A stretch of DNA of 52,363 nucleotides, from positions 1 through 52,363 of IMG/VR virus record IMGVR_UViG_3300020461_000009; one strand, written 5' to 3'. Below, in pieces: positions 33,256 to 43,742 of this stretch (its first letter is position 1; each line of letters begins with the position of its first letter). The DNA comes from a virus (lineage: Duplodnaviria; Caudoviricetes). The notes beneath the pieces were generated by a model. The model did not search any database. It was not told the origin of the DNA and saw nothing but the letters and a program-made list of their open reading frames with translations. Both the position numbers and the translations under genes were made by a program.

Positions 33256-34221
33256 TTAAAACTTGATTATGTACATAAGAGCTACGTTTTTAACACGAAC
33301 CTCAGTCCCACCACCACTACTTGCAATTGTGTGTGAGTGAGTTGCATCCATACTAAAGCTACCGCATTGTGCTTCTCCTCCAGCATTACCATACAATCTT
33401 GCGTTTCTATTTCCTCCTTTAGTAAAGACTCCACTTGCTGAACCATCCATTCTATAAGATTGTGATATTGCTTGAACATCACCAGTAAGAGATGTGGAAT
33501 CAGTTGTGTGCGTATGATTCTTGTTTTGATCTGTTTGTGTCGAACCAAAAACTCTACTTGCATCTACTCCAGCACTATTATCCCAACCTCTAACAAACTG
33601 ACCTCTTAAGTCAGGTAGGTTGAAGGTAGAAGATCCATCCCCTGTTCCATGTGTTGTTGATAAAATTGAAAATAATGAAGCATATGTAGATCTACTAATA
33701 GCACTACCATTACATTCTAAAAACCCAGAAGGAGGAGTAGAAGCTCCAAAAGTTAATATAGTTCCTACTGGAATACCTGATGCTAAACCACCCCAAGCTG
33801 ATCCGTTATAACCCTCAAAACTCGTTGTTGTACTATTGAATCTTATTTGGCCTGTAGCTGCTGTTGGTCTTTGAGCGGTTGTACCACTCGGCAATTTTAA
33901 TGCACCTGTACCACCCATCACTATGTCACCAGCAGAATCTACTGTACCTGTGAAATCTGGAGATGCTTTTGTTGCTAATCCGAAATTATTAGTATGTGCA
34001 GCATCTGTAAGACTTCCTAAAACCAACCAGCCATTATTTGCAGAGTTTCTTATTTTAAGTAAATTTGTTGAGGTATCAGCCCAAATTTTATAAGCAACAG
34101 TTGTAGTGGGATCTGATGATCCACTATTTAAAGATTGTATATCTCCTAAAACAGCATTAAGCTCAGTTCTAAAAGTAGAACCAACTTGATTAGCTAAATT
34201 ATAATCTGCTGTATTACTCAC
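33256..34221 (-). CDS. Tail fibre protein with phage tail collar domain
   Basis: PVGTI...GFLECNGSAISRSTYASLF...FNLPDLRGQFVRG. Confidence 0.85.
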   Translation of the reverse strand: MSNTADYNLANQVGSTFRTELNAVLGDIQSLNSGSSDPTTTVAYKIWADTSTNLLKIRNSANNGWLVLGSLTDAAHTNNFGLATKASPDFTGTVDSAGDIVMGGTGALKLPSGTTAQRPTAATGQIRFNSTTTSFEGYNGSAWGGLASGIPVGTILTFGASTPPSGFLECNGSAISRSTYASLFSILSTTHGTGDGSSTFNLPDLRGQFVRGWDNSAGVDASRVFGSTQTDQNKNHTHTTDSTSLTGDVQAISQSYRMDGSASGVFTKGGNRNARLYGNAGGEAQCGSFSMDATHSHTIASSGGGTEVRVKNVALMYIIKF

Positions 34222-37200
34222 TAAGTAACCTCCTTACCAAATCCTGATGCAGCCCATACAAATGATCTTGCGACTGCTGAACTTCCATTTTTGAAAGTGA
34301 CTTGAAAACCTGTCCTACTTATATTAGCAAGTTCATGGAAATCTCCAGATTGTTGATTGATTGGAGTCACTACTACAGTTGGTGTTTGCTTAAATGGATT
34401 TGTAAAAGAAACAGTATATTGAGAAGATCCAGTTGTTACTGGAGTCGAGATACTTTCTGTTCTTCCTTGTAATTCTAGTGTAGCTCCTAATTTAGTAACA
34501 GCTATATTTTGGTTTGTGTCATTACTTGTTAATAATGCTTTAAATTGAAATGCTCTTCCTGTAATTAAAACATTACTAAATTCTTTATAGTCACTCCAAG
34601 TTGGCGATCCTGATGGGTTATCATTAGTTGCTCTTACATAGACAGCAGCATTACATTTTGTGGCTTCAGTTAATCCACCAACTTGATCTATATATCCCCA
34701 ACTATCAATTAAATCTGTTCTATCATCCCATAAGTTATTTAAATTAAAACTAGAAGCTTCTAATACTTTCCTAATGTTTACATCATATGGCTGTGTTAAA
34801 TCTATTGAATTGTTGAATACATATTCACCAGAAGTTGAAACTGCATTACTGCTTTCTGTAAGCTTTAAAGCATCTAATGAAGCATCATATATAGTATTAG
34901 TTTTTGATCCTTGAAAGTTAGGTGTGTGTTCATCTATTGAGCCTACTGCAAGTCTTTCTGATGGTGCTGGAAGATTAGTTGTAACTCTAGTATTATTCCA
35001 AGCTGAATCTTGTGAACCAGGAGAAGGACTTTCTCGACCACCATCATCCTCAAACTTAATTAGATAAGTTCCAGCAAGTAAAGGCACGATTTTTTGTGTT
35101 TGGTTTCCAGCAGCAGCTACAACAATATTTTGCCCATCTTTCCATTGCGCTCCTGTTGTTTTACTAGAATGTCTGATAAGGGTTTTTCCTCCTAGCAACA
35201 CGTCAAGTTCTGTAGCTCGATTCCAACTTAGTATTGCACTTGTCTCATCAATCGGTAAAAGACTTACACCACTAACATTTTGTGGAGGTGCAGTTTTACC
35301 ATTAGCCACAAAGAAATTACCATTACCTGTAACAAGTTTTGCTGACTGTACAGATCTTAATCCTGATGGACTTACACTAAAAACTTCTATTTCATAATTA
35401 CCAGCAATAGTATCTAAAATCTCATAACTTTTTGAGTTTTCAACTGTCCTAGAAGTGTAATTACCATTCTGCAATCTAAAACGAATATAGTGTGTATCAG
35501 ATGTGCTAGTCCAACTTACAATAATTTTAGTTCTTGCAATGCCAGTATTCTCATAAATAACCTCCTCGCCTGTGATTCCTGTTGGTGATGCTGGTGGTAT
35601 GTCTAAATTGGTGACATCTCTTACAGGTAAAGCTATGCCACTTTCTATGTGATTGTATTTACCAGAGTTATATTCACTAGCAGTTACTGAATAAAAAGAT
35701 CTATCTTTTTCCTCTACTGATAATACTCTCCAAGTGCTTGTAGCTATTCCTGTCCCACTACTAAAAGTTTGATATACCCAAATACTATTTGGATTTGGCG
35801 CAGCAGAAAAATGTTGACCTAAACTAAATACATTGTTTGACAGCCCAGCAACTGTTTTTGTTTCAACAGTACCATCAGGTAATACACAACTTAATGTAGA
35901 GTTTGGCTCAAAAGTTAAATTTACATCTGATCCGCTTACTGTTTTTGCAAATATAGTATCTACTGTCACAGAGTTAGTTGTTGCAGATGTTATACGACCT
36001 GCTCTTCTTTCTCCAGACCTCATTGGATCTGCAATTTCTATGATTTGACCAGGCCTTACAACAACTCCAGCCTCTATACCACAGCTAAAAGTTACAATCT
36101 CACGTTCTACGTTGCTCATATATAGCATCCATTTCGCTAAACGAGAAGCCTGTCCTCTTGATGTGCAGGCGAAACTGTCAATATTTTTAATTACTGAGCC
36201 GTACCTTGCTTGGTTTGCAGTATCAATCTGCTCAACATAATTTATATCTCTAAGTTCTAAATCTAAATATTTTGCAATTACAACTGTAGGTCTTGTTTTT
36301 TGGCTTGCATTTGAATAGCTAAAACCTGGTTCTAATACATTTGACAATGAAAATAAATAACTTGAGTCCTTTGGTGCGTCTTGTGTAATTGTTAATGATC
36401 CAGCACTCCAAAATGGCATTGATCTAAATACAGAACACATTTGATTTACTACGTTATATGCTTCGCTTTGACTATTTATACAGACATTACAACTAAATCT
36501 TGGTTCTGTATTACCTGTACCTGTTCCATCATCGACTTGTTGTGAGCAATAAACAGAAGCTTGATAAAAACTAAATTTATCAAGATCAGACTCAGATAAG
36601 TGTGAACCTAATCCATACCTCTCAGAACTTAAAAGATCATATAAGCACCAGGCTGGATCATTTGTAAATTGTGCTGCGCCAAGAGTTCCATTAAATGTTC
36701 CAGTATATTCCAAGCTCCCATCAGCACGAACAGTTGCATTATGTGGGATTTTTACTTTTATACCATTTACTAAGTATTTTCTTGATGGTATTGATGAGAA
36801 TTGCTCTGCATCTACTTTTAAACCAACTAAAGCACTATTTGGATAGCTTCTTTTGTCGTATTTTATTTCTACATAATTATTAAATTGAAAAGCATCAACT
36901 AATTTACTTGATGAACTATTTGCAGTTATTCTTGTCACCTTAATATTGACAGGAAAAGCACCACTTAAATTAATCAAATAGTCTCTTACATAAGCATCAG
37001 GAGTTCTACCTGCAATAGTGCCATCATTACCAGAAACAACTGTTTGATAACCTCCTCCGCTATATTGAACAGCTATTTGTAATTCTATAGATGTACCAAA
37101 TATATCTCCCTCATCACTAAACTTTTGTAGTTGTGGAACTGTTATTTGTATAGAAACTGCATCAACATCTGAGTCGGTAATTTGTATAACTTTAGGAGAA

Positions 37201-37523
37201 CCTTGTTCTACTAGAGAAAAACCACTTGCTTTTGTTGTTGCAACATCTCTTGTAATTGGTATTACTGTTTGGCTTGATGTACCAGTTCTAACTTCAAAAG
37301 TAACATCTTTAAAATTAAAAGACCCATCAGCAGCTTGAAGAGGTGTGTTATTCAGAAATATAGATTTTCCTCCATCAACAAGTCCTCCGATTTCACCCTC
37401 ACCTATTAAATCAAGAACTCTTGCAAATGCTTTTGAATCGAGATTATCTTTGGCTTCATGTGGACTACCACCGCCACCGCCACCGCCTTTTCCACCGCCA
37501 CCGCCAGAACCAATAATCTTCAT
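34221..37523 (-). CDS. gpJ: Tail tip / host specificity protein (lambda J-like)
   Basis: DLIGEGEIGG, YPNSALVG, NDPAWCLYD, EPRFSCN motifs; follows L-K-I. Confidence 0.9.
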   Translation of the reverse strand: MKIIGSGGGGGKGGGGGGGSPHEAKDNLDSKAFARVLDLIGEGEIGGLVDGGKSIFLNNTPLQAADGSFNFKDVTFEVRTGTSSQTVIPITRDVATTKASGFSLVEQGSPKVIQITDSDVDAVSIQITVPQLQKFSDEGDIFGTSIELQIAVQYSGGGYQTVVSGNDGTIAGRTPDAYVRDYLINLSGAFPVNIKVTRITANSSSSKLVDAFQFNNYVEIKYDKRSYPNSALVGLKVDAEQFSSIPSRKYLVNGIKVKIPHNATVRADGSLEYTGTFNGTLGAAQFTNDPAWCLYDLLSSERYGLGSHLSESDLDKFSFYQASVYCSQQVDDGTGTGNTEPRFSCNVCINSQSEAYNVVNQMCSVFRSMPFWSAGSLTITQDAPKDSSYLFSLSNVLEPGFSYSNASQKTRPTVVIAKYLDLELRDINYVEQIDTANQARYGSVIKNIDSFACTSRGQASRLAKWMLYMSNVEREIVTFSCGIEAGVVVRPGQIIEIADPMRSGERRAGRITSATTNSVTVDTIFAKTVSGSDVNLTFEPNSTLSCVLPDGTVETKTVAGLSNNVFSLGQHFSAAPNPNSIWVYQTFSSGTGIATSTWRVLSVEEKDRSFYSVTASEYNSGKYNHIESGIALPVRDVTNLDIPPASPTGITGEEVIYENTGIARTKIIVSWTSTSDTHYIRFRLQNGNYTSRTVENSKSYEILDTIAGNYEIEVFSVSPSGLRSVQSAKLVTGNGNFFVANGKTAPPQNVSGVSLLPIDETSAILSWNRATELDVLLGGKTLIRHSSKTTGAQWKDGQNIVVAAAGNQTQKIVPLLAGTYLIKFEDDGGRESPSPGSQDSAWNNTRVTTNLPAPSERLAVGSIDEHTPNFQGSKTNTIYDASLDALKLTESSNAVSTSGEYVFNNSIDLTQPYDVNIRKVLEASSFNLNNLWDDRTDLIDSWGYIDQVGGLTEATKCNAAVYVRATNDNPSGSPTWSDYKEFSNVLITGRAFQFKALLTSNDTNQNIAVTKLGATLELQGRTESISTPVTTGSSQYTVSFTNPFKQTPTVVVTPINQQSGDFHELANISRTGFQVTFKNGSSAVARSFVWAASGFGKEVT

Positions 37524-38167
37524 ACTTCTACCTGCTCGTTTTCAATATTTGCTGATACAACCACCGATCCAACCATTGTACGACCATATATCACAGGAAC
37601 GGCAACACCTGCTCTACTCGTGTTTTGTATGCCACTAAAATTAAATGATCTTCTTGGATCTTGATTTTCTTCGGGAATAGTCTCGACAGGTGTAAGTAAA
37701 GTAGATACTCCATTTAAAACCATTGAAGCACCAATAACAGATGTTATTGTTCCCACTTTTGTTAAAAATGCACCTCCCGCAGTAAATCCTGTCATAGTAG
37801 TCCCTGCTGCGATTTTACCTCCAGCACCAATCGTTCCAAACATACCAGCACCAGGGAAAAGAAATGAAATACCTATCAATGCTGCCCCAATCAATATTTG
37901 CCTACCAGCACCACCTCCAGCACCTGCTACAACAGGAACAATTTTTATGTCATTCTGCCCTGTAGGATGATGTAATTCCTCATCAGTTAGTGTCCAATCA
38001 TTATCGACTATTATTTTGTAATATCTATCAGCCATATGACTTTCTAGCTTTGGAAAATTAACAACTAAAAACCTAATAGCTTGTGCAGCATTATTAACCT
38101 CTGCCTCAAAAGTTTTCTGACCTAAAAACTTTGCGAGTTCTCCGTATAGCTTAATTTTTCTTAGCAT
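37520..38167 (-). CDS. gpI: Tail assembly protein I
   Basis: KLYGELAKFLG, IVPVVAG, VPVIYG. Confidence 0.88.
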   Translation of the reverse strand: MLRKIKLYGELAKFLGQKTFEAEVNNAAQAIRFLVVNFPKLESHMADRYYKIIVDNDWTLTDEELHHPTGQNDIKIVPVVAGAGGGAGRQILIGAALIGISFLFPGAGMFGTIGAGGKIAAGTTMTGFTAGGAFLTKVGTITSVIGASMVLNGVSTLLTPVETIPEENQDPRRSFNFSGIQNTSRAGVAVPVIYGRTMVGSVVVSANIENEQVEV

Positions 38168-38858
38168 AACGAATCCTTTTACCTGTGCATTTTAGCAACC
38201 ATTCATCTAATAAATCACGACTTGATAATCTATTTTGTAAATGATGCAAAACTGTTTGCTGTCCTAAGTAAACACCAATATGATTCAATCCGCTACTACT
38301 TATTGACATTAATAATAAATCTCCATATCTTAAGTCTTCTGTTGGTAATAATTCTCTGAATCCTGTTTCTTCAAAACAATCATCAAACATTGGATTTTTT
38401 ATAAATTCATCGGGATCATTAGGTCTTACCCAATCTTTTAATTCTATTCCAAATTCTTCTGCATACCAATCTCTACATAAACTCCAACAATCATTAACAC
38501 CCCAAACCCACTTTCTACCTATTAATGGTGCTTTATAGCCACATGGCTCACAATATTGCCAATCGTTTGAATCTGGTTGTACGATCCACCATTTTAAATT
38601 CGATTTTTCACAGGCAACCCTATCTGCCTCACTTGGTCTTGCACTTGTTAAAGGATGACTATGCACAACAGCAGTTATTTCGCCTTGATCTTCTGCCTCA
38701 ATCCAATCTTCTGGAGACAATATAAATTGATTGTCTGGATTCGTAGCTAAATTCTGACATGGAAAATATACTTCTTTTCCTTTTTTAATTATTAATAGAC
38801 CACAAGATTCTTTTGGCTTGCTTTCTATTGCGTGTTGTAATGCCTCATTTTGCCACAT
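38151..38858 (-). CDS. gpK: Tail assembly protein K (JAB + NlpC/P60)
   Basis: ESCG, VHSHP, DCWSL, HIGVY. Confidence 0.9.
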   Translation of the reverse strand: MWQNEALQHAIESKPKESCGLLIIKKGKEVYFPCQNLATNPDNQFILSPEDWIEAEDQGEITAVVHSHPLTSARPSEADRVACEKSNLKWWIVQPDSNDWQYCEPCGYKAPLIGRKWVWGVNDCWSLCRDWYAEEFGIELKDWVRPNDPDEFIKNPMFDDCFEETGFRELLPTEDLRYGDLLLMSISSSGLNHIGVYLGQQTVLHHLQNRLSSRDLLDEWLLKCTGKRIRYAKKN

Positions 38859-39481
38859 TAGAAGAACCCACCTACACCAGGAAAATCATCTGGCAAAACT
38901 TGTCGTTTAGGCAACCTAACTCCATTTAGGTCAAAACTTGCAGCAAGTTCAAATGCAACTTCTGCTCTATTTTCTCCTGTCTTACGATCTATAAAGAATA
39001 CTTCATCAGGAAACTTAGCTGTAGGATCAGCAGTACCAAATGTGTTTTGACCTGATTCTAAGTCAACAACACTATCATCTTCTTGTAAAAGAAAAGAACC
39101 ATCTTCTAATAAAATATCACCACCCTCAAAGTTATCATCATCAATAAAACGTCTTAGAGTTCTTATTCTTGTCACCTTTGCCCCTTCTAAGCCTTGAGGT
39201 AAAGTTAAAAGAATAGTAGTTATGTCTCCAAAAATATTTGATATTTTTAACGTAGGTCTTGGTAATTGTTTACCATTAAACTCGAACCCCTCTGCTTCAA
39301 TAGGCATCCTTGTATATTCATTATTAGCAAATATTAGATTTGCGTCATTATTAACTCCAACACCATTATGAAAATAATAAGTTTGAGAAACACCATGAAT
39401 AGTTGTATTTAACTCAAGTTGAAAAAGCTCAACAATATTGTCTATATTTGGGGTTTGTAACTCAGATACAGGTACAGCCAT
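38858..39481 (-). CDS. gpL: Minor tail protein L, lacking the C-terminal Cys domain
   Basis: PIEAEGFE, PRPTL.ISN, GAKVTRIRT, FELA..FDL.G..LP.RQ; no cysteine. Confidence 0.85.
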   Translation of the reverse strand: MAVPVSELQTPNIDNIVELFQLELNTTIHGVSQTYYFHNGVGVNNDANLIFANNEYTRMPIEAEGFEFNGKQLPRPTLKISNIFGDITTILLTLPQGLEGAKVTRIRTLRRFIDDDNFEGGDILLEDGSFLLQEDDSVVDLESGQNTFGTADPTAKFPDEVFFIDRKTGENRAEVAFELAASFDLNGVRLPKRQVLPDDFPGVGGFF

Positions 39482-39828
39482 TAAGGTTCAAATACTTCTG
39501 CAAATTGAACTGTTATCGTTGCCAAACCTGGATTATTTATTTGTTTTTTTCTATTTAAAGCACGATATTTACTTGTTGTTGGCTCATCAGGTGCTTGCCA
39601 GTTAAAATAATCACCATCTGAAATACGAGCATCTAAGAAAGTTTCTATAGTATCGCTTTCTGCTTCTGTAATATTTTCAAAAGTAAGATCATAAACTTTA
39701 GGATTTATGTTTAATCCAAACTTCACTATTTGTTCATAACCATCTTGAAATCTAGCTCTAGTCACAAAAGGTTCAACAGACTTAGTAACTCCGTAAACAG
39801 GTTGTATTGATGGAAAAGTTTGAGCCAT
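39481..39828 (-). CDS. gpM: Minor tail protein M
   Basis: F.DGYEQ...GLN...F.W..P; synteny. Confidence 0.85.
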   Translation of the reverse strand: MAQTFPSIQPVYGVTKSVEPFVTRARFQDGYEQIVKFGLNINPKVYDLTFENITEAESDTIETFLDARISDGDYFNWQAPDEPTTSKYRALNRKKQINNPGLATITVQFAEVFEP

Positions 39829-41930
39829 TATGAAAGTAAGCCTCCAGGTCGTTTTTGTTTAATAAGTTCTGCTTGTACTGCCATACCTAGCATTTTGCCA
39901 AGCTGTGCAGCTTGATTTGAGTCACCTTCAACACTCGATCCTGACGCATTAACATTAACACTTATATTACCAATTCCGCCTCCTTGTGATGCTACCCCAA
40001 GTTTTCCATCTCTTCCACGTTTTAAAGGGATTATAGCTTCTGCACCAGCTTCACCCATTAAACCAATACCGCCATTCGCCATTGGGAATAAGGTTGGTTT
40101 TTTTACTATTCCACCATAAGCATATGGAACAATTTTGTTTTTAGCAAACACATTACCCATTGCACTTGGAACTACATTACCTTTATCAAATACATTACCT
40201 TTTGCATTAGATATATCTATATTTGGAAATATGCTTGTGAATAATGGTTTAACTATTGCATATCTAACAAACATTCTTGTTAAATCAGCAATTATAGAAT
40301 TTGCAAGATCTCTAAAGTTTAACTTACCTGTTTGGACAAATTTTACTAACGCATTTTCTATACCCTTAAATGCGTTCACAAAAGCTTCTTCTGTTTGTTT
40401 AGCAATATCAAAAGCAGATTTAGCAAATTGTTTTAAAGGTGAGTCAGTTCCTGTTCCAGTTAGTTTTGGCAAATTAGATACATTTGTTGAACCATCGCCA
40501 GTTGTACCTTCTCCAGTTTCCCCCTCTACAAAAAAACCTTTTAGAGTCTTCATATTTAATTTAAGCTGTTCAAAAGTATCTCCAAATCCTTCTTGTATTA
40601 CTTCAAAAGCTTTTTTAAACTCAAAGTTTGCAACGTGATATAAAATTTTAGTCAAATCAACTAATGATCTAGTCAAAAACCTAACTCCCTCAAGAGTTAC
40701 AAATATAAAAGTACCTAATACTTTAAATGTACCTGTTATAAATTTCATTGCTCCTTCAGACTCTAATATTCCTTTGGTGATGTCCGCAAAAGCTTTTTGG
40801 AAAGCAGCACCAATAGGCTGAACAGCATCTCCAATCTCTTTTTTAAACAAAGAACTTATAACACTTAATCTTTGACCTGCATCGGCTGATGAATTTGCAA
40901 TATCAAGTGCAATCTGACCGAAATCTAAATTTAATTTTTCAGCAAATTTTATAACTTGATCTAAGCTAACAGTACCATCCCTCAAGTCTTTCTGAAGCTC
41001 TTGCAAGCTACTACCATTAGCTTCTGCAAATTTCACAACCGCACCAGCCAATCTTTCACCTAACTGACCTTGTAGTTCTTCAGCAGATACCTTACCTTTA
41101 CCAAAGATCTGCGTCATGGCTCTTATCGCAGATTGTACATCATCTGCACTACCACCAGTTGCTTTAATAGAACTTGCTACCCCAAGAAATACTGTTTTTG
41201 CGTCTTCGAGACTTCCTCCAGCACCTAAAACAGAAGCTGCTAATTGAGTAAACTGTTTAGTAGTTGTATCAATAGGTATATTAAGTTTTAAAGCAGTATC
41301 ACTAATAAATTGCAAACTATCTTGGAATGAGGCACTATCCCCAACTATTGCCTCAAGTGCAATTTCTAGCTTTTGTATTTGTGCTGAAAACTCAGCAGCT
41401 TCTTTTGTATATCGTGCAAGAGCAACTGAGGCATCTATTCCAAGACCAATACCAGCACCAGCTATACCACCAGCTAATGTGCCAGTTTTTAAATAACCTG
41501 CTGTCATTCCAGTTTGTGCGCCAGCAGGTAAAAATCTACCTATAGAAGCAGTTAAAGCAGTTCCACCACCTGCTTTTGCTCCAGCCCCTAGCTGTCTGAA
41601 AAGACCACCAGATTTTGTTTGCTTACCCATCAAAACATCATATTTAGCCGATAACTTATCTATCTCTCTTCCAAGTCTTTTGTAGGCATCACTTCCAATA
41701 CCTACATTATTTCTTAATTGCTTTAAAGCAGCTATTTGTTGATTAAATGTATTTACACTACGCTGACCTCTTTTGTCATAAGAAGTTATTGATTTGATAG
41801 CTTTATTAAGTTCTACTGGTGTTAATCCAATATTTTTATTTAGCTTGCCAAATGATGAGGACAGCTTCCCTAATTTTGCTACACCTTCAACCTTTACTCG
41901 TATTTCTTCTATATTGACAGATTTAGCCAC
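39828..41930 (-). CDS. gpH: Tail tape measure protein
   Basis: 700 aa, QIFGKGKVSAEEL tape-measure domain, GEAGAEAI C terminus; synteny. Confidence 0.9.
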   Translation of the reverse strand: MAKSVNIEEIRVKVEGVAKLGKLSSSFGKLNKNIGLTPVELNKAIKSITSYDKRGQRSVNTFNQQIAALKQLRNNVGIGSDAYKRLGREIDKLSAKYDVLMGKQTKSGGLFRQLGAGAKAGGGTALTASIGRFLPAGAQTGMTAGYLKTGTLAGGIAGAGIGLGIDASVALARYTKEAAEFSAQIQKLEIALEAIVGDSASFQDSLQFISDTALKLNIPIDTTTKQFTQLAASVLGAGGSLEDAKTVFLGVASSIKATGGSADDVQSAIRAMTQIFGKGKVSAEELQGQLGERLAGAVVKFAEANGSSLQELQKDLRDGTVSLDQVIKFAEKLNLDFGQIALDIANSSADAGQRLSVISSLFKKEIGDAVQPIGAAFQKAFADITKGILESEGAMKFITGTFKVLGTFIFVTLEGVRFLTRSLVDLTKILYHVANFEFKKAFEVIQEGFGDTFEQLKLNMKTLKGFFVEGETGEGTTGDGSTNVSNLPKLTGTGTDSPLKQFAKSAFDIAKQTEEAFVNAFKGIENALVKFVQTGKLNFRDLANSIIADLTRMFVRYAIVKPLFTSIFPNIDISNAKGNVFDKGNVVPSAMGNVFAKNKIVPYAYGGIVKKPTLFPMANGGIGLMGEAGAEAIIPLKRGRDGKLGVASQGGGIGNISVNVNASGSSVEGDSNQAAQLGKMLGMAVQAELIKQKRPGGLLS

Positions 41931-42270
41931 TATTTCTTCTCCTTATTAAATTCTGTCAAAACAACTTGTTCCATTAGTTGTAAACCTTCCAGCATTTCTT
42001 TGCGGTTATCCACATCATAGAGGTCAAATAGTCCTCCATCAAGTAATAACACTTCATATTTCAATCCTACTACACCTCCAAAGGTTGTGTTCCATTGTGT
42101 CTGACAACGTAAGAACATATTTACAATATCCCAATTTTCTTGAAAAACCTCAAAGTCTTTCTTTTCCTCTGGTTGCTTCTCGATTTTTACACCAAGCGCA
42201 GCAGCGTCTTGTTGAGTTTCATCTATAACTTGTTTGCCACTCGAAGCCCAGTATTTAGCAGCATCAATTA
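41930..42270 (-). CDS. gpT: Tail assembly chaperone, -1 frameshift extension (G-T, DUF1799-like)
   Basis: Open -1 frame from the slippery site (LIDAAKYWAS...) to 41930; TQW...GLKY motif. Confidence 0.75.
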
Positions 42271-42600
42271 GTTTCCCACTTGTGCATTAGCATAGAATTT
42301 TTTAAAAGCATCTAATACACCAGCTACAAAATCAAGATCTTCTGAAAACTCTTTTAAAGCTTTTTCTGAAAACTCAATAGGTGTACCATCTTCTTCACTC
42401 ACATCAGACCATCCAACTAATACTTTTTTTAGTGCCTCAAACTCATCTGCACCTTCAAATTCGGTAAGTTCTTTTCTTGATAGACGTTTAAATTTACCAG
42501 TAAACGTAGTCTCATCAAATTCGCCTGTTTTTTCTTCACTAGGCTTACTAACAGTTACAGGCCAAGGATAAACCTTAGTTTTTTTTCTTACAAATGCCAT
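42268..42600 (-). CDS. gpG: Tail assembly chaperone G
   Basis: Between major tail and tape measure; ends at the slippery sequence. Confidence 0.8.
   Translation of the reverse strand: MAFVRKKTKVYPWPVTVSKPSEEKTGEFDETTFTGKFKRLSRKELTEFEGADEFEALKKVLVGWSDVSEEDGTPIEFSEKALKEFSEDLDFVAGVLDAFKKFYANAQVGN
42271..42277 (-). other. Programmed -1 frameshift site G GGA AAC
   Basis: XXXYYYZ heptamer in frame immediately before the gpG stop. Confidence 0.8.
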
Positions 42601-42655
42601 AAATTAAAATATATACTTCTCTACTCTACCTCAGTAGTCAATACTTAGTCAGTAT

Positions 42656-43585
42656 CTATAAGTAAACGATTGAAACCTCGTCATTTGCCGTTGATGGTAC
42701 TAATGTGTATGGAATATCTAACATTTGTATTCCATCCATCTCTGAATAAGCAACATCGCCAATATCAGCTTTGGTGGATGTTACTTGAACCTTGTTTCCA
42801 GCAGTAGTTCCATGCAAGAAAGTAAGATTACCAGTAGTTTCAGCAACAGCAGCAGCAAAATAATCTTTTGTACCAAGTGCCATTGCTTCTATTTGTACTG
42901 TACCTGAGATGTTTCTATTTGTTATTAGTGTTTCTTTTGTACCACCAACAAGCTCACGATAAACTATTTCATTACCTATATCCATAGATATACTTTGTAA
43001 AGCTGCACTATGAGATAAAAGTTGGAAGCCAGTTGTATTACCATTTTTAAATATTAATGGTGTTGCTTGATTTCCATATGTAGTAGCAGGCAATGCTGTG
43101 TCAGTAGGAGCATTGTATATCCCAGTAAAAGTAAAATCAATCGAAGGAATTTCGCCAACGGAAGCGTTAATCGTAAAACTTCCTCGACACCCAGTAACGA
43201 TATGTCTTACACCATCTGTGTTGTAGTGAATAGTAACAGATGAAAAACTAGCTGAGATTGGTTCGTAAGTAACGCTAGTTCCAGAAGCTACAGTCTCCGA
43301 AAAACCACACGCTTTAAGCGCACTTCCGTATCTCGGAGCCGTCCCGGCTGCGCCAGATCCAGCAAGTTCCACACTAAAAGTAACCTCAACTTTTGTGTTT
43401 GCAAGAAGCTGCTGAAAAGCACCTAAAAATGGTCTTACAACATCTCTGCTTACAACATCACTTGATTGTGGTGTAATTGACAGATCTCTTACAAGAACAA
43501 CATCTGTTGCTGCTGGAGTTGGATCTGTTCCGTAGCTGCTCTCAGCTTCAATTAGAATTACTCTCTTCCTTGTCAGTTGTGCCAT
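42656..43585 (-). CDS. Major tail tube protein
   Basis: 309 aa, beta-rich, E..YG.DP start; upstream of the chaperones. Confidence 0.8.
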   Translation of the reverse strand: MAQLTRKRVILIEAESSYGTDPTPAATDVVLVRDLSITPQSSDVVSRDVVRPFLGAFQQLLANTKVEVTFSVELAGSGAAGTAPRYGSALKACGFSETVASGTSVTYEPISASFSSVTIHYNTDGVRHIVTGCRGSFTINASVGEIPSIDFTFTGIYNAPTDTALPATTYGNQATPLIFKNGNTTGFQLLSHSAALQSISMDIGNEIVYRELVGGTKETLITNRNISGTVQIEAMALGTKDYFAAAVAETTGNLTFLHGTTAGNKVQVTSTKADIGDVAYSEMDGIQMLDIPYTLVPSTANDEVSIVYL

Positions 43586-43700
43586 CTGTAGTTACCTCAG
43601 TAGGGGGTTCAGCTTGTTTAGTTTGTTGAACTAGCTTACGTTTGCCAGTTTTGGGGTTCAGTATGTAAGTACCGCCCTCGTTTGGAATTTCATTTTCCAT
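43548..43700 (-). CDS. 50-aa hypothetical protein (GGTYILNPKTGKR motif)
   Basis: Translated by hand; between tail terminator and major tail genes. Confidence 0.6.
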   Translation of the reverse strand: MENEIPNEGGTYILNPKTGKRKLVQQTKQAEPPTEVTTDGTTDKEESNSN

Positions 43701-43742
43701 ATTACTCAATCAGGGTTGTTAGGCTTGCAGTTTCATTATAAT

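Noticed and set aside
40135-40638. Antisense ORFs in the track (also 7847, 11319, 23429, 28263, 32925, 35833, 37345, 46575, 46992, 48614, 49279, 51732)
   Set aside because: Shadows of strong opposite-strand genes
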